64,000 nt of DNA from Malacoraja senta (lineage: Eukaryota). The translations under genes were made by a program, and so were the position numbers. Below, one piece after another: positions 37,701-48,331 of the stretch; within the stretch, counting starts at the first letter, position 1; each line of letters begins with the position of its first letter. The notes beneath the pieces were generated by a model, which made no database searches, was not told the DNA's origin, and worked only from the letters and a program-made list of their open reading frames with translations. Location: contig CM075997.1 in the NCBI GenBank assembly GCA_038087875.1, forward strand, positions 3,226,001 through 3,290,000, given 5' to 3'.

Positions 37701-40700
37701 TCGTCCGCCTGAGAGCCGATGAGCGCGGCTTCACCCTCACGCACGGAGAACTTCAGGTCAACCTCGGGTGCCTTCACCTTCGGCATTGAGATGTCAATGG
37801 CCGGCATTTTTACCGACGGCATCTTCATCCTCCCCTCGGCATCGGTCACCTCCGCCTCGCCTCTCACTTTGGGAATCTTTAACTCCCCGCCATACATCTT
37901 CAGATCCGTTTCTGACACGTCAACCACCGCCCTGGGCAGTAACCCCTCCGTCACCGAAATCCCAATGGATGGCATCATCACCTTGGGCATTCTCAGCTTA
38001 CCGCCAGATCCATCCGCATCGGCATCCAAAGAACCGGGTTTGACCTTGGTTTCAGGGACTTTAACACTCAGTGTAGCTCCAGGGATCTCAATGTCCTCCT
38101 CGTATTTCTTGGAGGTTCCAAAGGTTGGCATTTTGATCTTTGGCATCTTGAACCTGCCTTCTTTCCCTTTTATCTTTATATCATCCACATCTGCATCTAC
38201 ACCTTTGGCACCAGAGTCAAGGGCCTTCCCTTTAGCCTTGCCTTCTGGATGGGTCACTTTCAGCTCAACTTTTCCCATGCTGCCATTCACCTCCATCTCC
38301 TCTCTACCCTTGGAACCAAATTTCGGGAGTGATATTTTGAGCATTTTGACTTTAACATCGGGCCCTTCCACCTTAGGATGACCTTGGATGTCAACCTTGG
38401 AGTCTCCTTCAGCAGAGAAAGGCAATTTCATTGAAGGCAGGCTGATATCAACTCCTGGCACCTTGGCCTGTAGAGCTGACACATCAATGGTCGGCACTTT
38501 CATCGAAGGCAGTTTCAGTTGCATTTCTCACTTTGACCTTTTTCCTTTGAAGTTTTCGTTTCCTTTTTGATATCCGTCTTAACGGTTGGGCCAGACATCT
38601 CAACCGATCCCACTTTGGGCAGGGCGACCTCAAATTTGGGCATCTTAAGTTTCAGCCCATTATCCGTGTCCTCGGCTGCCTTCAGCTCAACATCTCCTCC
38701 ATTCTCCTTCCTCCTCATCGAGATATCAAACTTTGGGAGTGATAACTTCGGTATCTGGAATGCGACATCGGGTCCCTGAATACCTGCTGCAGTTATCTGG
38801 CCATCTACACCAGCCTTGGGCGACTTGGTGGCAACAGGAACATTGGCATCACCTTCAGAAGAACCCGCTTTTCCTTTAGGAAGGCGGACATCAATGTTGA
38901 CTTCTGGCACTTTCATCTTGAGCACTGACAAGTCAATGGCTGGCATCTTACCGCCCACTTTGGCCTCGCAACCACTCAGATCAGATTTGGCCTCTTTCCC
39001 GCTGGCCGACATGCCAAATGTGGGCAGTGTCACCTTGGGCATTTTGAATTGCAAATCAAACCCTTCCGAGCTCGATTCAGACATTTGGCCGCCAGTTTTT
39101 GGCCCTCCAACCTTCGGAGCCTTGGCACCAAGGTCAGCGGCTGGGACCTCTGCTTTACCCGACGGAAAGAGAACGTTGATATCTGGGATCTTCACCTTGG
39201 GGGCAGATATATCAAAGCTTGGCATCTTAACACTCGGCAACTTACCAAGACTGAAGCCTGGGTCTCTCTCTTCAGCTCCCACGGAGAGACCACTCTCGGC
39301 GTCCACACCTTTCAATCCGGGCAGGGCAATTTCAAATTTTGGCATGGACATTACGGGGTGCTTGGTTTTGGCATCGCCACCGGCCGTACCCACTCCTGTG
39401 TCCACCTCGTCTTCTTTCCCACAGGACGGCAAACTTCGCAGTGACACCTTTGGCATTTTTCAGCTGCAAGTCAAAGCCCTCGGCGCTCAATTCGGCCGCT
39501 TGGTCCCCGATTCCCGGCTTTCCCACCGATACCTTCATTGTCTTCCCATCGGATGTAACGCCTGGCCCGGATACCTCCGCTCTGCCTGTCGGAAGCCGAA
39601 TATCTGGGAGTGTGACCTTGGGCACGGCGATGTCAATGGTCGGCACTTTCACCGATGGCAGTTTCGGACCTTCCAGCTGAGGACCCTTAATGTCCACGTT
39701 AACCTTCGAAACGTGCTGCCCAGATGCCGCCGCATCTTTCTCTGTCGTTGGTGGGGAAGCGTCGCCCAGTCTCAATTTGGGCAGGAACACCTCAAACGTT
39801 GGCATCTTAAACAGAGGTTCTGAAACATCTGAAGCCACCTCCATCGTACCCTCTCTCCCCTTGGCCGAGATGCCAAATTCGGGCAGAGATACCTTGGGCA
39901 TTTTCATCTTCACTTCAGATCCTTCAGTGATGATTTTAGACGATTGGATGTCAACTTTTCCAGTCCGGGCCTCCCGCTGTCCAAGTCCTGCTGCAGAGAC
40001 TTCCACCGTCGCTTTCGGGAGACTGATACCAACATCTGGGATCTTAGGGGCTGAAATGTCAAACGTCGTTGCCTTTTGTGCAAGTTCTTTAATCCTTCCT
40101 TCCAAACACAATGTTTTAAGACTGCCAACCGCAACCTCAACTCCTGAAACCATCACATCCTCTTCCACCGGTTTCATTTTCGGCACAGCAATGTCAATGG
40201 TGGGCATTGCTATCTGGGCCATTTTAAACTTGCCCTCCAGCCCTTCCACCTCATCTCCCACTGCCTTGCCTCCTGCCCTGACTTTTGCATCAACGACATC
40301 CGTTGCCTCCACACCCTTCATTGCAAACGAGGGCATTTTAATTTTAAAGCTTGGTCCTTTGCACTGACCTCCCCTTAGCCGATTGTCCATGTGCATCACC
40401 CTCTGCTTTGGATAAACCAAGATCCAGTTCCAACCTTTGGTGCTTGCAATGGGATTCCCAGCACTAACTTGCTTTCTGCTGTTTCTCCATCAGCAGATAC
40501 TTTCGCTTTCCCAGAGTCTTTCAACCCGCCCTTGGCTTTTGGACTTGGAGTCCCTCTTTTGGCCAGGTCAAACGAAGGCATCTTAATTTTTGTCTTTGCG
40601 CTTTTCGCGTCCTTCGTTGCGACGACTCGAGGCGGTTTCACCGAGACGGTGGACTTCTCCTTGGGTTCCACTCCGACCTCAACCTTGACCTTGCCGGACT

Positions 40701-40990
40701 CGCTCGCCCGGAAACCAGGGAACTTGAGTCGTTTCTTCTTGCCTTTGCCGTGACCCTCACCCAGGGAAAGCCTCGGCCTCAACCTTGGGGTGTCTCAGCG
40801 TGCCTTCACCTTTCATGGCCTCCGCGTCCTTGGGAGAAGTGATACTCAGCCGCTTAAACCTGGAGAACTTGGGAAAAGCAAACTCCACGTCCACTGGCAC
40901 GTCCAGTTCCAGAGCTGCCTCTTCCTTGCCGAGGATCTTTCCCTTCATCAGCTGCTTGGTCTTTTTAACAGGCGAGACGCTCTTGACAGT
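34715..40990 (-). CDS. PRX: Periaxin giant last exon (basic NLS region, long KMPK/hydrophobic repeat region, C-terminal tail), broken by multiple 1-bp indels
   Basis: Acceptor gtctgtatttag|ACT at 40990. TVKSVSPVKKTK...PVDVEFAFPKFSRFKR matches the periaxin NLS region. Successive ORFs 40757-40948, 40396-40782, 39332-40420, 38515-39456, 36632-38524 and 34715-36547 are all rich in KMPK/PxFGI/IDI repeats. C-terminus KFKLPTVSL...FKLQMPRVGF...ASV*. Synteny with HIPK4. Confidence 0.9.
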
Positions 40991-41049
40991 CTAAATACAG
41001 ACACAATATCCATTGTCAGAAATATCCTGCTGTTATGCTCCAGCTATTC

Positions 41050-41631
41050 ATTTAGTTTAGTCTAGAGATACAGCATGGAAATAGGCCCTTCAGCCCACCG
41101 AGTCTGTGCCAACCAATAATCACCCATACACTAGTTCTGTTATCCCAGTTTCACACCCTACACACAGGGGACAATTTACAGAAGCCAATGAATCTACAAA
41201 CCTGCACGTCTTTGGAACATGGTGAAAACCCACGCGGTCATAGGGAGAATGTACGAACACAGTACAGACAGCACAATTAGTCAAGATAGAATCTGGGTCT
41301 CTGGCGCTATAAGGCAGCAACTCTGCTGCTGTGCCACCATTTTGTCTGGAACATAAAACCAAAGAGATACAGGCCCTTCGGCCCACTGAGTCCTCTCCGA
41401 CCAGCGATCCCCACATGTTAACACTATCCTACACACACTAGGGACAATTTACAATTTTACCAAAGCCAATTAACCTACAAACCTGTACGTCTTTGGAGTG
41501 TGGGAGGAAACCGGCTCACCCGGAGAAAACCCACGCAGGTCAAGGGGAGAACGTACAAACTCAGCACTGACAGAACCTGTAGTCAGGACTGAATCTGGGT
41601 CTCCGGTGCTGCAAGGCAGCAACTCTACCAG
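41050..41631 (-). mobile_element. Two tandem HE1-like SINEs filling the last PRX intron
   Basis: Two SINE bodies at about 41050-41340 and 41365-41631. Confidence 0.85.
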
Positions 41632-41645
41632 TGGTAAAATCTTAC

Positions 41646-41839
41646 CAGCTTTGTCTTTTTGGCTTCTGGTCCTTTCAGTTCGAAGTTCCCAGTCTCAGAT
41701 GAAACGGCCACGTCAGCACTGGGCACCGTGCGCTTGAGGCGGAAGGCGACTTTGTACGACTCGGCGCTCTGCAGGATCTTCACCACATCCTCGTACTTGG
41801 CATTGTCGAAGAAGACCTGGGCACAGAGGATCTGATCAC
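41646..41839 (-). CDS. PRX: Periaxin PDZ-domain exon, second half (GDQILCAQVFFDNAKYEDVVKILQSAESYKVAFRLKRTVPSAD...ELKGPEAKKTKL)
   Basis: Acceptor gttgcacag|GT at 41839; donor CTG|gtaag at 41646; 194 nt, phase 1 to 0. Close match to the periaxin PDZ. Confidence 0.95.
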
Positions 41840-41861
41840 CTGTGCAACACAACCAGAGCAA

Positions 41862-42310
41862 GATTCAAGAGAGTTTATTGTCATGTGTCCCTGATAGGAC
41901 AATGAAATTCTTGCTTTGCTTCAGCACAACAGAACATAGTAGGCATTGACTTAAAAACAGATCAGTGTGTCCATATACCATTATATAAGTATATACACAC
42001 ATGAATAAATAAACTGATAAAGTGCAAATAACAGATAATGGGCTATTAATGTTCAGAGTTGTGTCCGAGCCAAGTTTAATAGCCTGATGGCGGTGGGGAA
42101 GTAGCTATTCCTGAACCTGGTCGTTGCCGTCTTCAGGCTCCTGTACCTTCTACCTGAAGGTAGCGGGGAGATGAGTGTGTGGCCAGGATGGTGTGGGTCC
42201 TTGATGATACTGCCAGCCTTTTTGAGGCAGAGACTGCGATAGATCCCCTCGATGGAAGGGAGGTCAGAGCCGATGATGGACTGGGCAGTGTTTACTACTT
42301 TTTGTCTACA
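41862..42310 (-). mobile_element. Rex1/Babar-type LINE 3' fragment, just upstream of a PRX acceptor
   Basis: QKVVNTAQSIIGSDLPSIEGIYRSLCLKKAGSIIKDPHHPGH; another copy at 4190-4595 (-). Confidence 0.85.
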
Positions 42311-42489
42311 GTCAGCAGGAGGCGTTGTGAGAGGGGAGCGGAAAGCTGAGAGGGGGGGGGGGGCTTCAAACACCAGCAGGATCCCATCACGGGACGAGAG
42401 AAGAAATTGATCCCATCCAACAGGGGAAACACATAGAAGGGTATGATAATGGAATGGAAAACACTCAGAGGATAAGGCTTGGAGTGGGA

Positions 42490-42935
42490 AAAACTCATCT
42501 CCGTTCTAAATGGCCGGCCCCTTATTCTTAAACTGTGCCCCCTGGTTCTGGACTCTCCCAACATCGGGAACATGTTTCCTGCCTCTAGCGTGTCCAAATC
42601 CTTAATAATCTTATATGTTTCAATAAGATACCCTCTCATCCTTCTAAACTCCAGAGTAGAATAATTAAACTAAACTGTATAATTGTATACTTTTAGTTTG
42701 CAGTATAAAACTAAACGTTTTTTAGCCGCCTCGTCCTATCAACATATGACAGTCCCGCCATCCCGGGAATTAACCTCGTGAACCTACGCTGCACTCCCTC
42801 AATGGCATGAATGTCCTTCCTCAAATTTGGAGACCGAAACTGCACACAATACTCCAGGTGTGGTCTCACGAGGGCCCTGTACAACTGCAGAAGGACCTCT
42901 TTGCTCCTATACACAACTCCTCTTGTTATGAAGGC
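42490..42935 (-). mobile_element. CR1 LINE fragments (PRX intron)
   Basis: LYRALVRPHLEYCVQF...VQRRFTRLIPG; MRGYLIETYKII. Confidence 0.88.
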
Positions 42936-43413
42936 CATAAGCTTAGTTTAGTTTGATTGTCACGTGTACCGAGGTACATTGAAAAGCATTTGCTGCGTGC
43001 TATCCTACACACGAGGGACAATTTACAATTTTACCCAAGCTAATTAACGTACAAACCTGCACATCTTTGGAGTGTGGGAGGAATCTGGAGGATCAGACCT
43101 CTCAGCCCACCGAGCCTAGGTCACCCGTACACCAGTTCTATATTATCCCAGCCCTACACCCAAGAGGCAATTTACAGAAGCCAATTAACCTACAAACCTG
43201 CACGTCTTTGGATCCCAGAGAAAATCCGCGCGGTCACAGGGGGATCGTATAAAAGTCCGTACAGACAGCACCCATAGTCAGGATCAAACCTGGGCCTCAG
43301 GTGCTGTAAGGCAGCAACTCTACCACTGCGCCACCCCTAATGTACATGTATTCCTCATGTCATGTGCCCCATGTTACAAGTCTGCAATGCTGTACCCACA
43401 AGACACAGCTTAC

Positions 43414-43569
43414 CCTCCTTCAGGTTCAATGCCTTACGGCCCGTGAATCCTTCAGCACCTCCTTGATGAAGATCCCTTCCTTCCCTCCGCCAGTCACGCT
43501 GAATCCCGATGCTCCGACCTCAGGCTCCGTCTCCACAATCAAATCCACCATCTCCGGCATCTTCAGCTC
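43414..43569 (-). CDS. PRX: Periaxin PDZ-domain exon, first half (ELKMPEMVDLIVETEPEVGASGFSVTGGGKEGIFIKEVLKDS..ALNLKEG), with an apparent 1-nt deletion near 43437
   Basis: Acceptor ctctgtctccaccag|GAG; donor GAGG|gtaagc. The exon is 156 nt, but 157 nt is needed to keep frame into the next exon. Confidence 0.92.
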
Positions 43570-44417
43570 CTGGTGGAGACAGAGGGGTTAGGATGTGCTC
43601 TCTTCCCGATCATCCCCACCACTGCTAACATGTGATGCTGTGCTTTGGCTACCATATCCCTGCAGCTCACAGCAAGGGAGCTGTTGGCAGAAGGCACCCA
43701 TGCAGTTTGCTTGGGGCAATGAGGGGTTTAGACTTAAGATGTTAGAGATACAGTGTGGAAACAGACCCTTCGGCCCATCGCGTTCGTGCCAGCCAATGAT
43801 CGCCTGTACACTTGCACTATCCTACACCACTAGGGACAATTTACAATGTCACCCAAGTCAATTAACTTACAAACCTCTATGTCCTTGGGAAGAAACCGGA
43901 GCTCTCGGAGAAAACCCACGCGGTCACAGGGAGAACATACAAACTATGTACCCGTAGTCAGGATCGAACCTGGATCTCTGGTGCTGTAAGGCAGCAGCTC
44001 TACCGCTGCGCCACCCCAATTTCTACAGATGTCTACGGATTTAGTTTAGTTTATTACTGACACGTGTACCGAGGTACAGTGGAAAGCTCTCTTGTCGCAT
44101 GCTATCCAGTAGCGGAAAGACCATACAATCAAGCCATCCACAGTGTACATGTAGAGGATAAGGGGAATAATGTTCAGTGCAAGATAAGGTCCAGTAAAGT
44201 CCCATTAAAATTAGTCTGAGGATCTCCAATGAGGTAGATGGTAGGTCAGGTCTACCGTCTAGTTGGTGGTAGGGTGGTTCAGTTGCCTGATAACAGCAGG
44301 GTGGAAGTCCTGAGATGGAGACTGGTTATGGGAATGGTACAACATCCCAGAGACATCACAGCGCCACCTAGCACCAGGGCCTCAAGAAACAGCATCGCGG
44401 GTCAGAGTTCACGTTAC

Positions 44418-44538
44418 CTTGACGACCTGGCCTTGACCCACGGTCTCCATGTCAGCCTCAGGCAATAAATCGGCGTGGCGACTCTTCTTAATCCGCAGAA
44501 ATTGTTTTAACTCTTCATGAAGCAGCTCCTTTGTGAAT
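44418..44538 (-). CDS. PRX: Periaxin exon containing the canonical start (ATG 44450, METVGQGQVVK), with an open in-frame upstream part (FTKELLHEELKQFLRIKKSRHADLLPEAD)
   Basis: Acceptor ttttctcaattacag|A at 44538; donor AAG|gtaacg at 44418, phase 0 into ELKMPE. Kozak context GACATGG. Confidence 0.8.
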
Positions 44539-44889
44539 CTGTAATTGAGAAAACCTCAGATAGACACAAAACGCTGGAGTAACTCAGCGGGACAGGCAGC
44601 ATCTCTGGAGAGAAGGAATGGGTGACGTTTCGGGTCGAGACCCTTCTTCCGACTTTGATCAGTGCAAACTCCTCACGGACAGCAAAACACCACTAGACTC
44701 ACCAATAACAGCAAATATTAAAGTGCTGGTGCTGTGAAAGTTTTGAAGAACTACTAAAGTTCTTCGAGTTTCAGTGGCTTCATTGTCTGGTTTAGTTTTA
44801 GTTTAATTTAGTTTAGTTTAGAGATACAGCATGGAAACAGACCTTTCGGCCCACCGAGTCCATGCCGACCAGCGATCCCCGCACATTAA

Positions 44890-45298
44890 GGTCAGGTCAG
44901 GGGGAGTTCCCTCCGCCACGGGTGCCATGTAATCCCGTGCTACCTGCTCCATGGTCGGATGGTCGGCGACTAAACCGTCTCCCCCACCTGGCTTGCCAGG
45001 TGAGGAGGGGGCTGTGGACCCCCAGCGGGACCAAATACAAGACCTGCCAAAGGGCGGATGAGCTTCTAGCGAGCCAACAGCCATCAGTAGAAGTTGCGAT
45101 CACTGTCGTACACAGCATTGTGAGGAATGATGATAAAGCACACACACCAAAATCCTATACTTCCAGCGGCGGAAGTCCGCAGGAACTGGGGGACAGAGAT
45201 GTGTGGTGCGTCCGTCACCGTTCCCGTTGGAAACCAGCACCACTGCCTCGCTAATGTTTTGAACGATGATGAATGAATGAATGAATGAATGAATGAAT
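44890..45298 (+). mobile_element. Unclassified short retroposon with (GAAT)n tail, nested inside a SINE
   Basis: Interrupts the SINE between gcacattaa and acacaaactagggac; ends in gatgat(gaat)n. Confidence 0.55.
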
Positions 45299-45649
45299 AC
45301 ACAAACTAGGGACAACGTTTACATATATACCAAGCCAATTAACCTACAAACCTGCACGTCTTTGGAGTGTGGGAGGAAACCGAAGGCCTCGGAGAAAACC
45401 CACGCAGGTCACGGGGAGAAAGCACAAACTCCGTACAGACAAGCACCTGTAACCAGAAGGGAACCTGGGTCTCTGGTGCTGCAAGCACTGTAAGGCAGCA
45501 ACTCTACCACTGCGCCACCATGCCGCAGGCTTATGAATAGGTACAGAGAGACAAGCAAAGTATTTGTGGTAAAAGCAATTGAGATTTTCTGGCTGGCCAA
45601 TGTCTCTGGCGCTGTGAGGCAGCAGCTCTACTCACTGCGCCACTGTGCC

Positions 45650-46100
45650 ACGCCTGCCCCTGTTCCAATACCTAAAGGGGCTGCTCCTTGCCCTCTGGCT
45701 GCACTTCACACCCACCACACTCATTTTTGGACACCCTGTGCGTAGGGGAGAGGGTAGGGCTGAGGATAACCTGGTTGGGTTGCTCCTGGGCCTGGCCAAG
45801 CTGGCCATCCGCGAGTCACGGCGCCAGGCGGAAGAGGGCTCAGCCCGAGCCCCTTTTCCGGGGTTACGCCCGGGCCCAGGTGGTGTTAGAGAGGGATTAC
45901 GCGCTGTCCTGGGGGGATTTCCGGGACCGCTGGGCACCGCGGGGGGGTGGAATGTATCCTCAGTAAGAATGGGGAAATAGTTATTTAATATTCAGAATTT
46001 AAGAATATTTGTTTTTACTTTGTATCACGGTGGTGTGTTTGTATCGTTTTGTATTGTACATAGCATTTTTGGAAATAATTGCTTTAAATTATTTTTGGTT
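45650..46100 (+). mobile_element. Tx1/L1-type LINE 3' fragment
   Basis: LIFGHPVRRGEGRAEDNLVGLLLGLAKLAIRESRRQ; related copy at about 330-610 (-). Confidence 0.65.
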
Positions 46101-46311
46101 CAAATCAAACGGTGTTACGGAAGTCTCTTACCTCGGTACACGGGCTGATTGCTTTGTCTGTCGGCTGGATGCAGGGGGCCTGGAGATCTGGCTGGATCGT
46201 GGAGGGGCTGTGGGCATCCTCCTCTACCACATGAACCTGTGGAGACAGGAGTCTGGAGTCAGCCGTCACCTCTGGAGAGAGGAGGCAAGGGCCTGGCATG
46301 CTGGTGCAGGG

Positions 46312-46315
<4 letters not shown>

Positions 46316-46346
<31 letters not shown>

Positions 46347-46550
46347 TCTCTCTCTCCATCTCTCTCTCTCGATCTCTCTCTCTCCATCTCTCTCTCTCCA
46401 TCTCTCTCTCTCCATCTCTCTCTCTCCATCTCTCTCTCTCCATCTCTCTCTCCATCTCTCTCTCTCTCCATCTCTCTCTCTCTCCATCTCTCTCTCTCTC
46501 CATCTCTCTCTCTCTCCATCTCTCTCTCTCTCCATCTCTCTCTCTCCATC
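46316..46550. repeat. (TC)n/(TCCATC) pyrimidine-rich microsatellite
   Basis: Direct reading. Confidence 0.97.
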
Positions 46551-46654
46551 CCTCCCCATGTGGGTCAGACCCTGCTGGGTAGAATAGCACAGAGCAGTGT
46601 GTCTGTAGGAAGGAACTGTGCTAAACCCGTACCCTGTATCTGGCTTCACTCAGA

Positions 46655-47120
46655 TAGGCACAAAAAGCTGGAGTAACTCAGCGGGTCAGGCAGCATCTGT
46701 GGAGAACATGGATAGGTGATGTTTCACAAGTGCTGGAGTAACTCAGCGGGACAGGCAGCATCCCTGGACAATATGGATAGGTGACGTTTCACAGAGTGCT
46801 GGAGTAACTCAGCGGGACAGGCAGCATCTGTGGAGAACATGGATAGGTGACGTTTCACAGAGTGCTGGAGTAACTCAGCGGGTCAGGCAGCATCTGTGGA
46901 GAACATGGATAGGTGACGTTTCACAGAGTGCTGGAGTAACTCAGTGGGTCAGGCAGCATCTGTGGAGAACATAGATAGGTGACGTTTCACAGAGTGCTGG
47001 AGTAACTCAGCGAGACAGGCAGCATCTGTGGAGAACATGGATAGGTGATGTTTCACTAGTGCTGGAGTAACTCAGCGGGACAGGCAGCATCCCTGGAGAG
47101 AAAGAATGGGTGACGTTTCG
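46655..47120. repeat. 66-bp tandem repeat (~7 units) derived from the Penelope-related element
   Basis: TGCTGGAGTAACTCAG at 46731, 46797, 46863, 46929, 46995 and 47060. Confidence 0.95.
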
Positions 47121-47891
47121 AGACAAGATCCTTCCTTCTCTCCAAAGATGCTGCATGTCCTGCTGAGTTACTCCACCTTTTTGTGTCTATCTTCAGATTA
47201 AACCAGCATCTGCAGTTCCTTCCTACACATTTACTCAGATAGCGACAGACACAATATAAAACAGCTCGCAGATCAGTCTTGAGCCTATCGAACAAGTCGG
47301 TTTGTTGAAGGCCTTAACAGTGAAACACTTTGGGGAGAAGACCCACGAGGTCACGGGGAGAATGTACAAACTCCGTACGGACAGCACCCGTAGTCAGGAT
47401 CGAACCCGAGTCTCTGGCGCTGTGAGGCAGCAACTCTACCGCTGCGCCACCGTGCCACTTGGCCATATATTCCCATTAAAGATGATTGGAATTGATAATT
47501 AATTAATTGATGAGTCCAGATCCAGGGGTCACAGTTTAAGAGTAAGGGGCAGGCCATTTGGGACTGAGATGAAGAAAAACCTTTCCAACCAGAGAGATGT
47601 GAATCTGTGGAATTCTCTGCCACAGAAGGCAGTGGAGGCCAATTCACTGGATGTTTTCAAGAGAGAGTTAAGTTTAGCTCTTAGGGCTAAAGGAATCAAG
47701 GGATATGGGGAAAAAGCAGAAAAGGGGTACTGATTTTGGATGATCAGCCATGATCGTATTGAATGGCGGTGCTGGCTCGTAGGGCCGAATGGGCTACACC
47801 TGCACCTATTTCTCTATGTTTCTGTGAAACCAAGACCATGGGAGCAAGACCATGCCGTCTGAGGGAGATGAATGGAGCATTCTGTACTCAC

Positions 47892-47944
47892 GTTCGGCGG
47901 TTCAGACGTAGAGGTGTCACCATTGTCCGACAACCGTACAATGC
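47892..47944 (-). CDS. PRX: Probable upstream periaxin exon (ALYGCRTMVTPLRLNRRT, 53 nt)
   Basis: Strong acceptor tttccttttctctttcag| and donor |gtgagta. The phase-2 end joins in frame to the 44538 exon. In-frame ATG at 47923. Confidence 0.6.
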
Positions 47945-48109
47945 CTGAAAGAGAAAAGGAAATGGAGCAACAAGGTTTATTCTATTGAACTCTACAATGG
48001 TCGACACATGGAGGCTCAGAGCTGTACACACGCTGGGCAAGGTCGATGCAGCTTACGAACACACAGGTCTGTCCCATCACTGAAGATAGACACAAGTCAC
48101 TGGAGTGGA

Positions 48110-48331
48110 AGACAGACACAAAATGCTGGAGTAACTCAGCGGGACAGGCAGCATCCCTGGAGAGAAGGAATGGGTGACGTTTCGGGTCGAGACCCTTCTT
48201 CAGACCCTGTGCCAGATAATTTGTCTCCTGTGATGGAGACGGTGAGATCAAGAAACAGTAGGGAGATGTCGGAGATGAGTCTGAAGAAGGGTCTCGACCC
48301 GAAACATCACCCATTCCTCCTCTCCAGAGAT
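48110..48331. mobile_element. Penelope-derived non-autonomous palindromic element, representative copy (many more, e.g. 10440-10690, 50755-50970, 51290-51500, 61145-61295, 63755-63995)
   Basis: agacacaaaatgctggagtaactcagcgggacaggcagcatc...gacgtttcgggtcgagacccttcttcag followed by its reverse complement; same motif as the 3' end of the Penelope fragment. Confidence 0.75.

Noticed and set aside
36726..40753. Several long plus-strand ORFs (up to 335 aa)
   Set aside because: Antisense shadows of the repetitive PRX coding exon
34715..44538. Calling the gene AHNAK or AHNAK2
   Set aside because: The SPVKK..PVDVEFAFPKFSR segment, the C-terminal PRVGF motif, the lack of long near-perfect repeats and adjacency to HIPK4 favour PRX
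46655..47120. Regularly spaced repeats resembling a CRISPR array
   Set aside because: Units are contiguous tandem copies with no unique spacers; eukaryotic, transposon-derived
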